DNA of 20,000 nt from an uncultured virus (IMG/VR IMGVR_UViG_3300042522_000840). Lineage: Duplodnaviria > Heunggongvirae > Uroviricota > Caudoviricetes. This document shows, piece after piece, positions 1 through 8,025 of this stretch (positions are counted from its first letter, which is position 1; every line of letters starts with the position of its first letter). The stretch lies in IMG/VR virus record IMGVR_UViG_3300042522_000840. One strand, written 5' to 3'. Both the position numbers and the translations under genes were made by a program. The notes below the pieces were generated by a model. That model saw only the letters and a list, made by a program, of their open reading frames with translations. It ran no database searches and was not told where the DNA came from.

Positions 1-128
1 ATGTTGTGGATTCTTTTCCAACTCTCAAAGTTACATCCAATACAGGAACAGGGGCAATTCTTAGACCACTACTTGGCGATCCGAAGTTTACTGGTGAAGT
101 AGAAACAGTTGTAAATTGTGTAGTGTAA
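1..128 (+). CDS. 3' end of an upstream virion/baseplate protein (likely gp5-like baseplate hub), truncated by window edge
   Basis: Frame open from nt 3: VVDSFPTLKVTSNTGTGAILRPLLGDPKFTGEVETVVNCVV, stop TAA 126-128; next ATG at 130. Product inferred from context and recalled similarity to cyanophage baseplate-hub C-termini. Confidence 0.55.
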   Translation, partial: VVDSFPTLKVTSNTGTGAILRPLLGDPKFTGEVETVVNCVV

Positions 129-129
129 A

Positions 130-699
130 ATGGCAGCAAGAAAGAAAAACTTATACAAGAGACAACTAATTAGTTTTAATCCAAACTTCAGGATTGATAC
201 TGCAAATCCTGAAATGGGTGGATCGGGAACAGATGTTTATAAGATTTATGGCGTAACTGATAATGGAGATAATCAATCATCAATCAGTCTAAGTAGTGGT
301 GGTTTATTTTCGATCTACAATGATCATACAATTCAAATATCTGGTGGAACTAATAATGAAAAAGGTAGAGAAGATGTAGTTATCATCGGTAAAAATGGAA
401 ATGTTTCAGTCTCTGCTGACGGAACAGTTCGCATTTATGCCACAAACATTATGCTTGAGGCAGAAGAAGATATTCATTTGAAGGCAGGTAGAAATATTAA
501 TTTGAAAGCAGGTTCTGGCAGATTAATGCTAGATGGAAAAAGAGTAGATGTTAAAGGTATGAGTGGCAATTTAATTTCTTTACTTGGAATGGATTTTACT
601 AAAAAAGTTTTCGAAGGTAGTTTTGTTGGTATTGATGCAATTGATGGTCTGGTTGGGGATATTGTTGGTAGTGTAGTTAATAACTTAGTTGGTGGTTAA
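130..699 (+). CDS. Baseplate hub/spike-associated protein (gp5 C-terminal-like beta-strand repeats)
   Basis: 189 aa; short beta-repeat pattern (NIMLEAEEDIHLKAGRNINLKAG) typical of gp5/VgrG-like spike regions; tightly coupled to flanking structural genes. Confidence 0.55.
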   Translation: MAARKKNLYKRQLISFNPNFRIDTANPEMGGSGTDVYKIYGVTDNGDNQSSISLSSGGLFSIYNDHTIQISGGTNNEKGREDVVIIGKNGNVSVSADGTVRIYATNIMLEAEEDIHLKAGRNINLKAGSGRLMLDGKRVDVKGMSGNLISLLGMDFTKKVFEGSFVGIDAIDGLVGDIVGSVVNNLVGG

Positions 700-700
700 A

Positions 701-1384
701 ATGGCAGAAATTAAGTATTATGGTTTAGAGTCTCATTTTAACGAGAATGTGACTTTTTATAAGGACGTCAATATTCAGGGCAATTTAAATTACGATTCTT
801 TAACTGTTAGAAATCTTACTGTTAATGAGAAATCAATTCTTGGAACAGTTAAAGTATCTTCGGGCATTGTAACGGCAACTTCTGGTATTACAACTTATTA
901 TGGTGATGCTGCTAATATGACTGTTAATGGGTCAACTTTGGCATCTGCAATTACTGGAATAGGTGCCATTGTTCCATCTGGGGTAATTGTAATGTGGTCT
1001 GGAACCATTACAAATATCCCAACAGGATGGGCACTTTGCAATGGTTCTAATGGAACACCAGACTTAAGAAGTAAATTTATTGTAGGTGCAACCAGTGATG
1101 CTTCTACTGGAGTCACATTTAATGCTGATACTGGTGCTGTAAGTGGAGCATATGCGCCTGGAAATACTGGTGGTTCAGTTGCACATCAATTGACAACTGC
1201 TGAAATGCCCGCACACACACATACTACAGAAAGCAATAATGCAACTGGTGGTAATTATAGTGGTGGTGGAAATAGTAGTAATTTAGGTCCTTATTATTCA
1301 ACAACCACTGGTTCTGCGGGCGCAAGTGATTTTCATGAAAACCGACCTCCATACTATGCTCTAGCATTTATCATGAAAACCTAA
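701..1384 (+). CDS. Tail-collar domain protein (short tail fibre/baseplate)
   Basis: ATG at 701 follows stop at 699; collar motif VPSGVIVMWSG..IPTGWALCNGSNGTPDLRSKFIVGA, LTTAEMPAHTH and C-terminal HENRPPYYALAFIMK. Confidence 0.85.
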   Translation: MAEIKYYGLESHFNENVTFYKDVNIQGNLNYDSLTVRNLTVNEKSILGTVKVSSGIVTATSGITTYYGDAANMTVNGSTLASAITGIGAIVPSGVIVMWSGTITNIPTGWALCNGSNGTPDLRSKFIVGATSDASTGVTFNADTGAVSGAYAPGNTGGSVAHQLTTAEMPAHTHTTESNNATGGNYSGGGNSSNLGPYYSTTTGSAGASDFHENRPPYYALAFIMKT

Positions 1385-1405
1385 CCACTTTTAAAATTGG
1401 CACAC

Positions 1406-1434
1406 TTGACACCCCCACCCATCTGCCCTATAAT
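1406..1434 (+). promoter_or_regulatory. Consensus sigma70-type promoter
   Basis: TTGACA (1406-1411), 17 nt, TATAAT (1429-1434); preceded by motif CCACTT-N4-AATTGGCACA (1385-1404). Confidence 0.85.
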
Positions 1435-1459
1435 ATGGGGGTAATCAACGGAACACCAC

Positions 1460-1660
1460 ATGACCGCCGCACAAGAGATCGTCCAAGGCATTGTGATTGA
1501 TATCTGCACCCGCACCTTTCTTCTTCTCAGCGATCACGGCAGCGAGCGTCGAGTGGAGTGTGATACTGTTGAAGAGTTTATGAACGTACTGGAAGTTGTC
1601 ACCGCACAACTTGATCCTGAGCAGATTGAGTATGCTGATCTTGCGATTTACGGCGAGTGA
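1460..1660 (+). CDS. Small hypothetical phage protein (66 aa, acidic)
   Basis: ORF directly downstream of the consensus promoter. Confidence 0.75.
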   Translation: MTAAQEIVQGIVIDICTRTFLLLSDHGSERRVECDTVEEFMNVLEVVTAQLDPEQIEYADLAIYGE

Positions 1661-1668
1661 TGCGATAA

Positions 1669-1676
1669 TATAAATA
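1669..1676 (+). promoter_or_regulatory. T4-type late promoter TATAAATA
   Basis: Exact gp55 consensus, 14 nt before ATG 1691. Confidence 0.75.
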
Positions 1677-1690
1677 TCGAAAAGAAACGA

Positions 1691-1864
1691 ATGGAAGTTT
1701 TTACGGTGGAAGAGTTTCAAGAAAAGTTTGATGAACTTATGGAACGAGTTGAAAATGGTGAAAGTTTAGGTATAATCAATGAGAATGGACAGGCAGCGGT
1801 TATGATACCTGCTGATGATGACTTTGTACGAATACACACTGAGTGTAATAACGAAGCATCATGA
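1691..1864 (+). CDS. Phd/YefM-family antitoxin-like protein (57 aa; absent from ORF track)
   Basis: MEVFTVEEFQEKFDELMERVENGESLGIINENGQAAVMIPADDDFVRIHTECNNEAS; fits the Phd/YefM N-terminal pattern (TV.EF...F.EL...VE.GE...I...G..AV.IP). Confidence 0.65.
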   Translation: MEVFTVEEFQEKFDELMERVENGESLGIINENGQAAVMIPADDDFVRIHTECNNEAS

Positions 1865-1870
1865 ACGCAC

Positions 1871-1942
1871 GGGGGTATAGCTTAATGGTTAGAGCGGGCT
1901 CCTTATAAGGGCTTAGTCTGGGTTCAACTCCCAGTATCCCCA
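1871..1942 (+). tRNA. trnI: tRNA-Ile(UAU)
   Basis: Acceptor GGGGGTA/TATCCCC, anticodon arm GGCTC-CTTATAA-GGGCT, T arm CTGGG-TTCAACT-CCCAG, discriminator A; CCA not encoded. Confidence 0.9.
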
Positions 1943-1965
1943 TTCGCTATTCGCAAATAGCGAAT
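1942..1965. repeat. Perfect inverted repeat filling the spacer between two tRNAs
   Basis: ATTCGCTATT-CGCA-AATAGCGAAT (10-bp stem; 11 bp with C1941/G1966). Confidence 0.85.
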
Positions 1966-2037
1966 GCTCGTTTAGCAATCTGGGAATGCAATCGTCTCAT
2001 AAACGATAGAAGGTCGGATCGTAACCGACAACGAGCA
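1966..2037 (+). tRNA. tRNA with CAU anticodon (elongator Met or lysidine-Ile2; not initiator-like)
   Basis: Acceptor GCTCGTT/AACGAGC (paired G1-C72), anticodon arm ATCGT-CTCATAA-ACGAT (no three G-C pairs), T arm GTCGG-ATCGTAA-CCGAC. Confidence 0.85.
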
Positions 2038-2038
2038 C

Positions 2039-2067
2039 TTGACTATTATGATTCTTTGAGTTATAAT
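2039..2067 (+). promoter_or_regulatory. Sigma70-type promoter for the tRNA-Leu gene
   Basis: TTGACT (2039-2044), 17 nt, TATAAT (2062-2067); tRNA begins at 2080. Confidence 0.75.
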
Positions 2068-2079
2068 GGTCTCATACAC

Positions 2080-2351
2080 GCCCGTGTAGCCCAGCGGAAG
2101 AGGCAAGAGACTTATGTAAAATTGAGCCTCATTTGGGAAACCTTATGAGTGTAATTCCTCAAATTCGGTGAAACCTGTAAAATGGCAATACCGAGCCAAG
2201 CATCGCAAGATGAAGGTGTAGAGACTAGACGGGGAACACCTAAACCGAAAGGTATGGTGAAGGTATAGTCCAGACCACAAACTGAAAAGGCAACGAAAGT
2301 TGTAGTGGTAAGAAAATCTCTCAAGCGGTGGTTCGAATCCACTCACGGGTA
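2080..2351 (+). tRNA. trnL: tRNA-Leu(UAA), intron-containing (exon 1 2080-2113, exon 2 2313-2351)
   Basis: Spliced: acceptor GCCCGTG/CACGGGT, D stem GCC/GGC, anticodon arm AGAGA-CTT^AAAA-TCTCT, T arm GGTGG-TTCGAAT-CCACT, discriminator A. Confidence 0.9.
2114..2312 (+). ncRNA. Group I self-splicing intron (IC3/trnL-type), 199 nt, no endonuclease ORF
   Basis: 5' exon ends in U; IGS TTGAGCC; core elements AAATTCGGTGAAACCT, GGCAATACCGAGCCAAG, GTAGAGACTAGACGG, GAAGGTATAGTCC; terminal G2312; insertion U^AA in the anticodon. Confidence 0.92.
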
Positions 2352-2357
2352 TTAAAA

Positions 2358-2364
2358 ATAAATA
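2358..2364 (+). promoter_or_regulatory. Late promoter core ATAAATA
   Basis: Intergenic, about 20 nt before ATG 2386. Confidence 0.55.
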
Positions 2365-2385
2365 TAAGATATTAGGCACACCCCT

Positions 2386-2688
2386 ATGTCTTATCGTATC
2401 GATCACGCATACTGCTGGTACAATAATGGCAGTATGATTGTGAAGATGTATTTTATCAATCATATTCCCTTCACGTTCGATGAACTTCCAGACGGGCACT
2501 TATACGATCAAGACCTTTGTAGATTAGCAGACAAAGAGAGAACCTTTGAACCAGAAGACTTATATAAAACCTCATTCTATCTTATAGACGAAGAGGCACA
2601 TCCATGCTTCTTTCCAGTGGACTTAGAAAACCCTGAAGACCTTCCAGATGACCTCGAATTTGAATATGATGGGGAAGATTTGACTTGA
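2386..2688 (+). CDS. Hypothetical cyanophage protein (100 aa, acidic C-terminus)
   Basis: Clean ORF between tRNA-Leu and the large fibre gene, with a late promoter core upstream. Confidence 0.75.
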   Translation: MSYRIDHAYCWYNNGSMIVKMYFINHIPFTFDELPDGHLYDQDLCRLADKERTFEPEDLYKTSFYLIDEEAHPCFFPVDLENPEDLPDDLEFEYDGEDLT

Positions 2689-2694
2689 TAAATA
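2688..2694 (+). promoter_or_regulatory. Late promoter core ATAAATA
   Basis: Overlaps the preceding stop codon, upstream of the 1760-aa structural gene. Confidence 0.6.
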
Positions 2695-2726
2695 AAGAAT
2701 AGAAATAATCTAGAAGAAGTAATACG

Positions 2727-5700
2727 ATGCCTCTTAACAAACTTGATAATTTCATAAAGAATACCGAAGGTCGCATTCTTTATGTAAATCCAAATGACCT
2801 AGATTCGACTGATTCTATTGAAAATGAAGGTAATTCTCTTGCTCGCCCATTCAAAACAGTTCAAAGAGCACTGTTAGAGTCGGCAAGATTTTCTTATGTA
2901 AAAGGAAACAATAACGACTTAGTAGAAAAAACTACAATTCTACTATTTCCTGGCGAACATTTAATTGATAATAGACCTGGTTATGCAATTTATGATAATG
3001 GTGGAGATGCTTATGCAGTTTCTAGAGCAGGTGGCATAGGGGTTTCAGCGTCTTCAGTATTATCTTTAGGTCTTGATTCCAATTTTGACTTAACACAAGA
3101 AGATAATATTCTCTATAAGTTTAATAGTTATTATGGTGGAGTTATTATTCCAAGAGGCACCTCAATTGTTGGTCTCGATTTAAGAAAGACTAAAATTCGT
3201 CCAAAGTATGTTCCCAATCCAACTGATTCGGCAGTAACAAAATCAGCAATCTTTAGAATCACGGGTGCTTGCTATTTCTGGCAATTTTCTCTATTTGATG
3301 GTGACGAAACTGGTTTGGTTTATACAAATCCAGATAATTTTGGTGCGACTTATCAATCAACTCCATCATTCTCTCACCACAAACTGACTTGTTTTGAATT
3401 TGCAGATGGTGTAAACAATATTGGGTCTTATGGTCTTACAGACCTTGATATGTATTATAGTAAGGTATCTAATGCTTATAATTCAGTTCGTGATATTGAT
3501 CAAAAGTTCCCAACAAATGAACTAGGATTTGCTAAGCAACGCTCGGAGTGGGAAATTGTTGGGGCATTTGCTAGCGATCCTATAACTGTTTCATCTATCA
3601 TTTCTGGTAACGGATCCGTTGCAAGTTCTATTGTTACAGTTATAACTACTTCGGAGCATGGGTTAAATGCTGGTACACCAATTAAAATTAAAGGTGTATC
3701 AGGTTCTGGAGTAACGTCACCTTATAATATTTCTACCAAAGTTCAGAATGTTTTAAGTAGCACTCAGTTTACTTATTTACTACCTGGACTTGCTTCTTAT
3801 CCAAACATCAATCCAAGTCCAAGTGCTGGATCGGCAACAGTAACAATTGAGACTGATACTGTTTCTGGTGCATCTCCATATATCTTTAATATCTCTATGC
3901 GTTCCGTATGGGGTATGAACGGTCTTCATGCTGATGGTAGCAAAGCATCTGGTTTCCGAAGCACCGTTGTTGCTCAGTTTACTGCAGTATCTCTACAAAA
4001 AGATGATCGTGCTTTTGTAAAATATAACAAGTCTTCAAGAACTTATCAGGGAGTTAATATAACTCCAGTTTATGGTGCATCACTTCCAGAAGGTGCTTCA
4101 CAAACAAATTCAGATCAAATTTACCATTTAGATCCTGATGCAGTTTATCGTCAGGGTTGGGAAACAAGTCATGTTAAAATTTCCAATGATGCGTTTATTC
4201 AAATCGTTTCTGTATTTGCGATTGGATTTAATAAACATTTTGATGCCGAGTCTGGTGGTGATGGTTCAATCACCAACTCTAACTCAAACTTTGGTCAAAT
4301 TTCTCTAAACTCTTCTGGATTTAAAAGAGAGGCATTTAATAAAGACAATAATGCCTTCATTACCTCAATTATTCCCCCAAGAGCAGTTGATACTACTCAA
4401 GAAGACACAATAGAGTGGTTATCTCTGAATGTCGGATTGACAACTCAGGTTGGCATTTCAAGTCATCTTTATCTTTATGGGTTTACATCTGCAGACTCTG
4501 CACCATCTTCACTTACACAAGGATATCGAATTGGTGCAAGACTAAATGATAATCTATATTTGGTGGGTGCTGGTGCAACTTACTCAGCGTCTATCTATAT
4601 GTGCGATAATTTAATCAGCACTAGTGGACTTACTACAGCATTGGGAACAACAAGTTCCGTCAAGTCTTATGATGTAACTTCTGGTCCAACATCAAATTCA
4701 TTTACAATTGGAGCAAATAAACTTTTAACGGGTGAAAAAGTTATAATTATTAGTGATGATGGAGATCTTCCAGAAAATATTGAAGCTCACCAAATTTATT
4801 ATGCAATTAACAACGGCGACAACAATACGGTTAAGTTGGCATCATCATATACAAATGCAACTCAATCACAAGCAATTACAGTTTATGGTGGAACTAATCT
4901 TCATATTTTAAGTCGAGTTTCTGATAGAAACTCTGGAGAACTTGGTTCACCAATTCAATTTGATGCCCAAAATAATAATTGGTTTATTCATGTTAATGCA
5001 GGTAACGGCATCTACAATGCATTTGCATCAGGTGGCACGGCGACATATGGAACCACGACTGACCTTGCTTATGTAAATCGTATTTCTGATGAAAGAAGTC
5101 TTGATGAAAAACTGTATAAGTTTAGAGTTGTTATACCAAAAGAACTTGCAAACGCAAAAGATCCTGAAAATGGATTTGTAATTCAAACTTCAAGTTCAAC
5201 TGGATCTAGAGATAATTTTGATTTTACAAGACCTAGTATTACTAGTGCTGATTATGGATACAATAAGAACCCAAGATTCATTAGCAATTGCTCAGTAAGT
5301 TCTAATCGTGTTACAGTCACATCCGAACTTCCACATAACTTACAAACTGGTGACATCGTTGCTATTAGAAAAGTAACAAGCACTGATAATTCAATTGGCG
5401 AAGATAATGTTGGATATAATGGTATTTTTGAAGTTGTAGTTACAGATGATGTAACATTCAACTATTCAACTACCGATATTTTTGATGTTGCACATACTCC
5501 AGGAACATTTACAAACAATGTAAATGTAAGAGATATGAATCTTCCAAGATTTGAAAGAAATGACCTTAAAGGAAATCTCTATATTTACAGAAATGAAGTT
5601 ATTTCTCCATACATCTATAACACTCAGGATGGTATCTATCATCTCTATGTTCTGAATGCAAGTAATACGATTCCTATAGAGTTTACAAATCTAGAGTATA

Positions 5701-8009
5701 GTCAGCTTCCAGTAGATCTTTATCCACAACTGGATAGAGATAATGCAAATGATAACCCATTTGCTGCAAAATCGTTCGCTAAGCGTTTTCCAATTGGTGA
5801 TGTTGTAACAAACGATCTTAAGAGGAGTATTACTAGAGAATCTGCCGACTTATTGCTCAAGGATGTTGGTATTGGTTTAACTATTTCTTCAGTCTTATCA
5901 CCATCAACATCTGGTATTGCAACAATTACCTTTGGTAGGAATCATGGTCTTGCTGGTATTGTAACTTATAGCACTCTTACCGGTGGTTCTGGGCACACTA
6001 GCGGAACATTCTATAATGTTAAATTATACAATGAAGTAGGTCTATCTAACTGGGATGGTGCAACTGCTAAGGTTGTAGTATCTGCTAGTGGTGTTGTTGT
6101 TGGTGTTGATATTCAGGCAGGTGGTTCTGGATATACCAATGATGAAACACTCTATTTTGATACTGCGAAGATTGGTGGAACCGCAAATGCTTATGTTACA
6201 ATTGCAACCGCTGGTATTTCTACAAATATCGGTGATGTTGTTCAGTTCACTGGGGCTGGAACAACTGCTGACGGATACTACCGCATCACTTCAGTTTCTG
6301 CAAAGAATCAAATTGCAATTGCTAAGACTGCTGGAGACCCAACAATCCTATCAAGTCAATATGCCTTTGTAGTTGGTCCTTCATCTAGAATTACTGGAAC
6401 GACTTATAGTTCTACAACAGGTATTACCACATTCACAACTTCTTCTTCTCACGGACTGGTTTCTGGTAATAAGTTTAGAGTTATTGATTCGAGCAATAAC
6501 AATCTAGGAGACTATCTAGTTCTGGAAAGAACCAATGTAACACAATTTACTGCAATTACGAACAAATCTATTTCAGCAACAGATGGATTTATTCTCAAGC
6601 ACGGTCTTTCGGCAAATGATGCAATTTCTGATGCTGGTGGAGAAAGTATTGGAACAAGAACAGTTCCTTTCTATAATAATGAAATCTTTACATTAACTTC
6701 TGCAATTACCAATGAAACTACACTCAATATTAGCGCAATTGGTCCAATAACAAATCGTATTCCTCTTGGTTCATATATTCAAGTAGACAATGAAATTATG
6801 AGGGTGACAAGTAGTGCAAATACTACTCAAATCAATGTCATTCGCGGTGCTTTTGGAACTCGTCAAGAAAATCATGATGCCAATTCACTTATTCGTAAGA
6901 TTAACCCAATTGCCATAGAATTCCGCAGACCATCCATTCTAAGAGCATCTGGACATACTTTTGAATATCTTGGTTATGGTCCTGGAAACTACTCAACTGG
7001 TCTGCCACAAGTTCAAGTTAAGACTCTTACTGAAAGAGAGGACTTCTTATCACAGTCTCAGGAGCGCTCTTGTGGCGTTGTTGTTTACACTGCTATGAAC
7101 AGCAATGGTGATGTTTTTAATGGCAATACAAAGACTTCTGCGACCAGTGGAGAGACTATTTCATACGATATTCCAACACCTACTGTTACAGGTCAAGATG
7201 TATCCAGATTAAGTGCTGTATTTGATGAGGTTACTATCAAAGAAAGACTTCTTGTTGAAGGAGGTGATTCGGGTCAAGTATTATCTCAGTTTGATGGTCC
7301 AGTTAATTTCAATAAAGACCTTAGAATTAGAGCTCAATCCACGTTTAGCAATACTGTAAGATTAACCCAAGGAACTCAGTCAACTTCTACAACAACTGGA
7401 GATTTGATTGTTTCTGGTGGTGTTGGTATTGGCAACAATCTAAATGTTGGTGGAACCTTAGGAGTTACTGGTGCTACTACGCTTTCAAGCACATTAGGAG
7501 TTACTGGAAACACAACTCTAACAGGAATTCTAACAATTAATGGTGGAAGTGGTGGAACAGCACTACGATTGAATAATGGTGGTGATATTGTTCTTTACAA
7601 CGCAGCAAATACTGGTCTTACATCTATTTTCTGCGATACAGATAATGAGTTAAAAACTAACGGTAATGTTCTTATTGGCGGAGCACTGAATGTTGTCGGT
7701 GATATCACAGCATTCTATACTTCCGACCAAAGACTAAAAGATAATATTGTTGCGATTGAGGACCCACTTGCTAAAGTTCTCTCAATCAGTGGTAACACTT
7801 ATACTTGGAATGAGAAGTCTGGTAAAGAAGGTAATGATGTTGGTGTAATCGCACAAGAAATCCTTGAGGTTCTTCCAGAAGCAGTTACAACTAGAGATAA
7901 TGGATACCTTGCAGTTGACTATCATAAGATTGTTCCACTGTTGGTTGAGGCAATTAAAGAACTTTCTGCGAAGGTTGAAAACCTTGAGCAGAAACTTACA
8001 GATAAATAA
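2727..8009 (+). CDS. Large tail fibre/virion structural protein with C-terminal intramolecular chaperone (peptidase S74) domain
   Basis: 1760 aa, G/S/T/N-rich; N-terminal LYVNPND..GNSLARPFKTVQRAL motif; repeated TT...HGL..G modules; C-terminal TSDQRLKDNI...GVIAQEI..VLPEAV...VDY.KIVPLLVEAIKEL plus coiled coil. Confidence 0.9.
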   Translation: MPLNKLDNFIKNTEGRILYVNPNDLDSTDSIENEGNSLARPFKTVQRALLESARFSYVKGNNNDLVEKTTILLFPGEHLIDNRPGYAIYDNGGDAYAVSRAGGIGVSASSVLSLGLDSNFDLTQEDNILYKFNSYYGGVIIPRGTSIVGLDLRKTKIRPKYVPNPTDSAVTKSAIFRITGACYFWQFSLFDGDETGLVYTNPDNFGATYQSTPSFSHHKLTCFEFADGVNNIGSYGLTDLDMYYSKVSNAYNSVRDIDQKFPTNELGFAKQRSEWEIVGAFASDPITVSSIISGNGSVASSIVTVITTSEHGLNAGTPIKIKGVSGSGVTSPYNISTKVQNVLSSTQFTYLLPGLASYPNINPSPSAGSATVTIETDTVSGASPYIFNISMRSVWGMNGLHADGSKASGFRSTVVAQFTAVSLQKDDRAFVKYNKSSRTYQGVNITPVYGASLPEGASQTNSDQIYHLDPDAVYRQGWETSHVKISNDAFIQIVSVFAIGFNKHFDAESGGDGSITNSNSNFGQISLNSSGFKREAFNKDNNAFITSIIPPRAVDTTQEDTIEWLSLNVGLTTQVGISSHLYLYGFTSADSAPSSLTQGYRIGARLNDNLYLVGAGATYSASIYMCDNLISTSGLTTALGTTSSVKSYDVTSGPTSNSFTIGANKLLTGEKVIIISDDGDLPENIEAHQIYYAINNGDNNTVKLASSYTNATQSQAITVYGGTNLHILSRVSDRNSGELGSPIQFDAQNNNWFIHVNAGNGIYNAFASGGTATYGTTTDLAYVNRISDERSLDEKLYKFRVVIPKELANAKDPENGFVIQTSSSTGSRDNFDFTRPSITSADYGYNKNPRFISNCSVSSNRVTVTSELPHNLQTGDIVAIRKVTSTDNSIGEDNVGYNGIFEVVVTDDVTFNYSTTDIFDVAHTPGTFTNNVNVRDMNLPRFERNDLKGNLYIYRNEVISPYIYNTQDGIYHLYVLNASNTIPIEFTNLEYSQLPVDLYPQLDRDNANDNPFAAKSFAKRFPIGDVVTNDLKRSITRESADLLLKDVGIGLTISSVLSPSTSGIATITFGRNHGLAGIVTYSTLTGGSGHTSGTFYNVKLYNEVGLSNWDGATAKVVVSASGVVVGVDIQAGGSGYTNDETLYFDTAKIGGTANAYVTIATAGISTNIGDVVQFTGAGTTADGYYRITSVSAKNQIAIAKTAGDPTILSSQYAFVVGPSSRITGTTYSSTTGITTFTTSSSHGLVSGNKFRVIDSSNNNLGDYLVLERTNVTQFTAITNKSISATDGFILKHGLSANDAISDAGGESIGTRTVPFYNNEIFTLTSAITNETTLNISAIGPITNRIPLGSYIQVDNEIMRVTSSANTTQINVIRGAFGTRQENHDANSLIRKINPIAIEFRRPSILRASGHTFEYLGYGPGNYSTGLPQVQVKTLTEREDFLSQSQERSCGVVVYTAMNSNGDVFNGNTKTSATSGETISYDIPTPTVTGQDVSRLSAVFDEVTIKERLLVEGGDSGQVLSQFDGPVNFNKDLRIRAQSTFSNTVRLTQGTQSTSTTTGDLIVSGGVGIGNNLNVGGTLGVTGATTLSSTLGVTGNTTLTGILTINGGSGGTALRLNNGGDIVLYNAANTGLTSIFCDTDNELKTNGNVLIGGALNVVGDITAFYTSDQRLKDNIVAIEDPLAKVLSISGNTYTWNEKSGKEGNDVGVIAQEILEVLPEAVTTRDNGYLAVDYHKIVPLLVEAIKELSAKVENLEQKLTDK
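8002..8008 (+). promoter_or_regulatory. Late promoter core ATAAATA
   Basis: At the stop of the fibre gene, 17 nt before ATG 8026. Confidence 0.6.
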
Positions 8010-8025
8010 CTAGAAACCATATAAG

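Noticed and set aside
1411..1442. 7-bp inverted repeat ACCCCCA/TGGGGGT around the -10 box
   Set aside because: Short and low-complexity, and not reproduced at the other two motif-bearing promoters.
2112..2499. Minus-strand ORFs of 76 and 118 aa across the intron (possible intron-encoded endonuclease)
   Set aside because: Antisense to the tRNA and intron core, with no nuclease motifs; the intron is too short to encode one.
7456..7530. 12-aa repeat TLGVTGATTLSS / TLGVTGNTTLTG
   Set aside because: Ordinary fibre shaft repeat.
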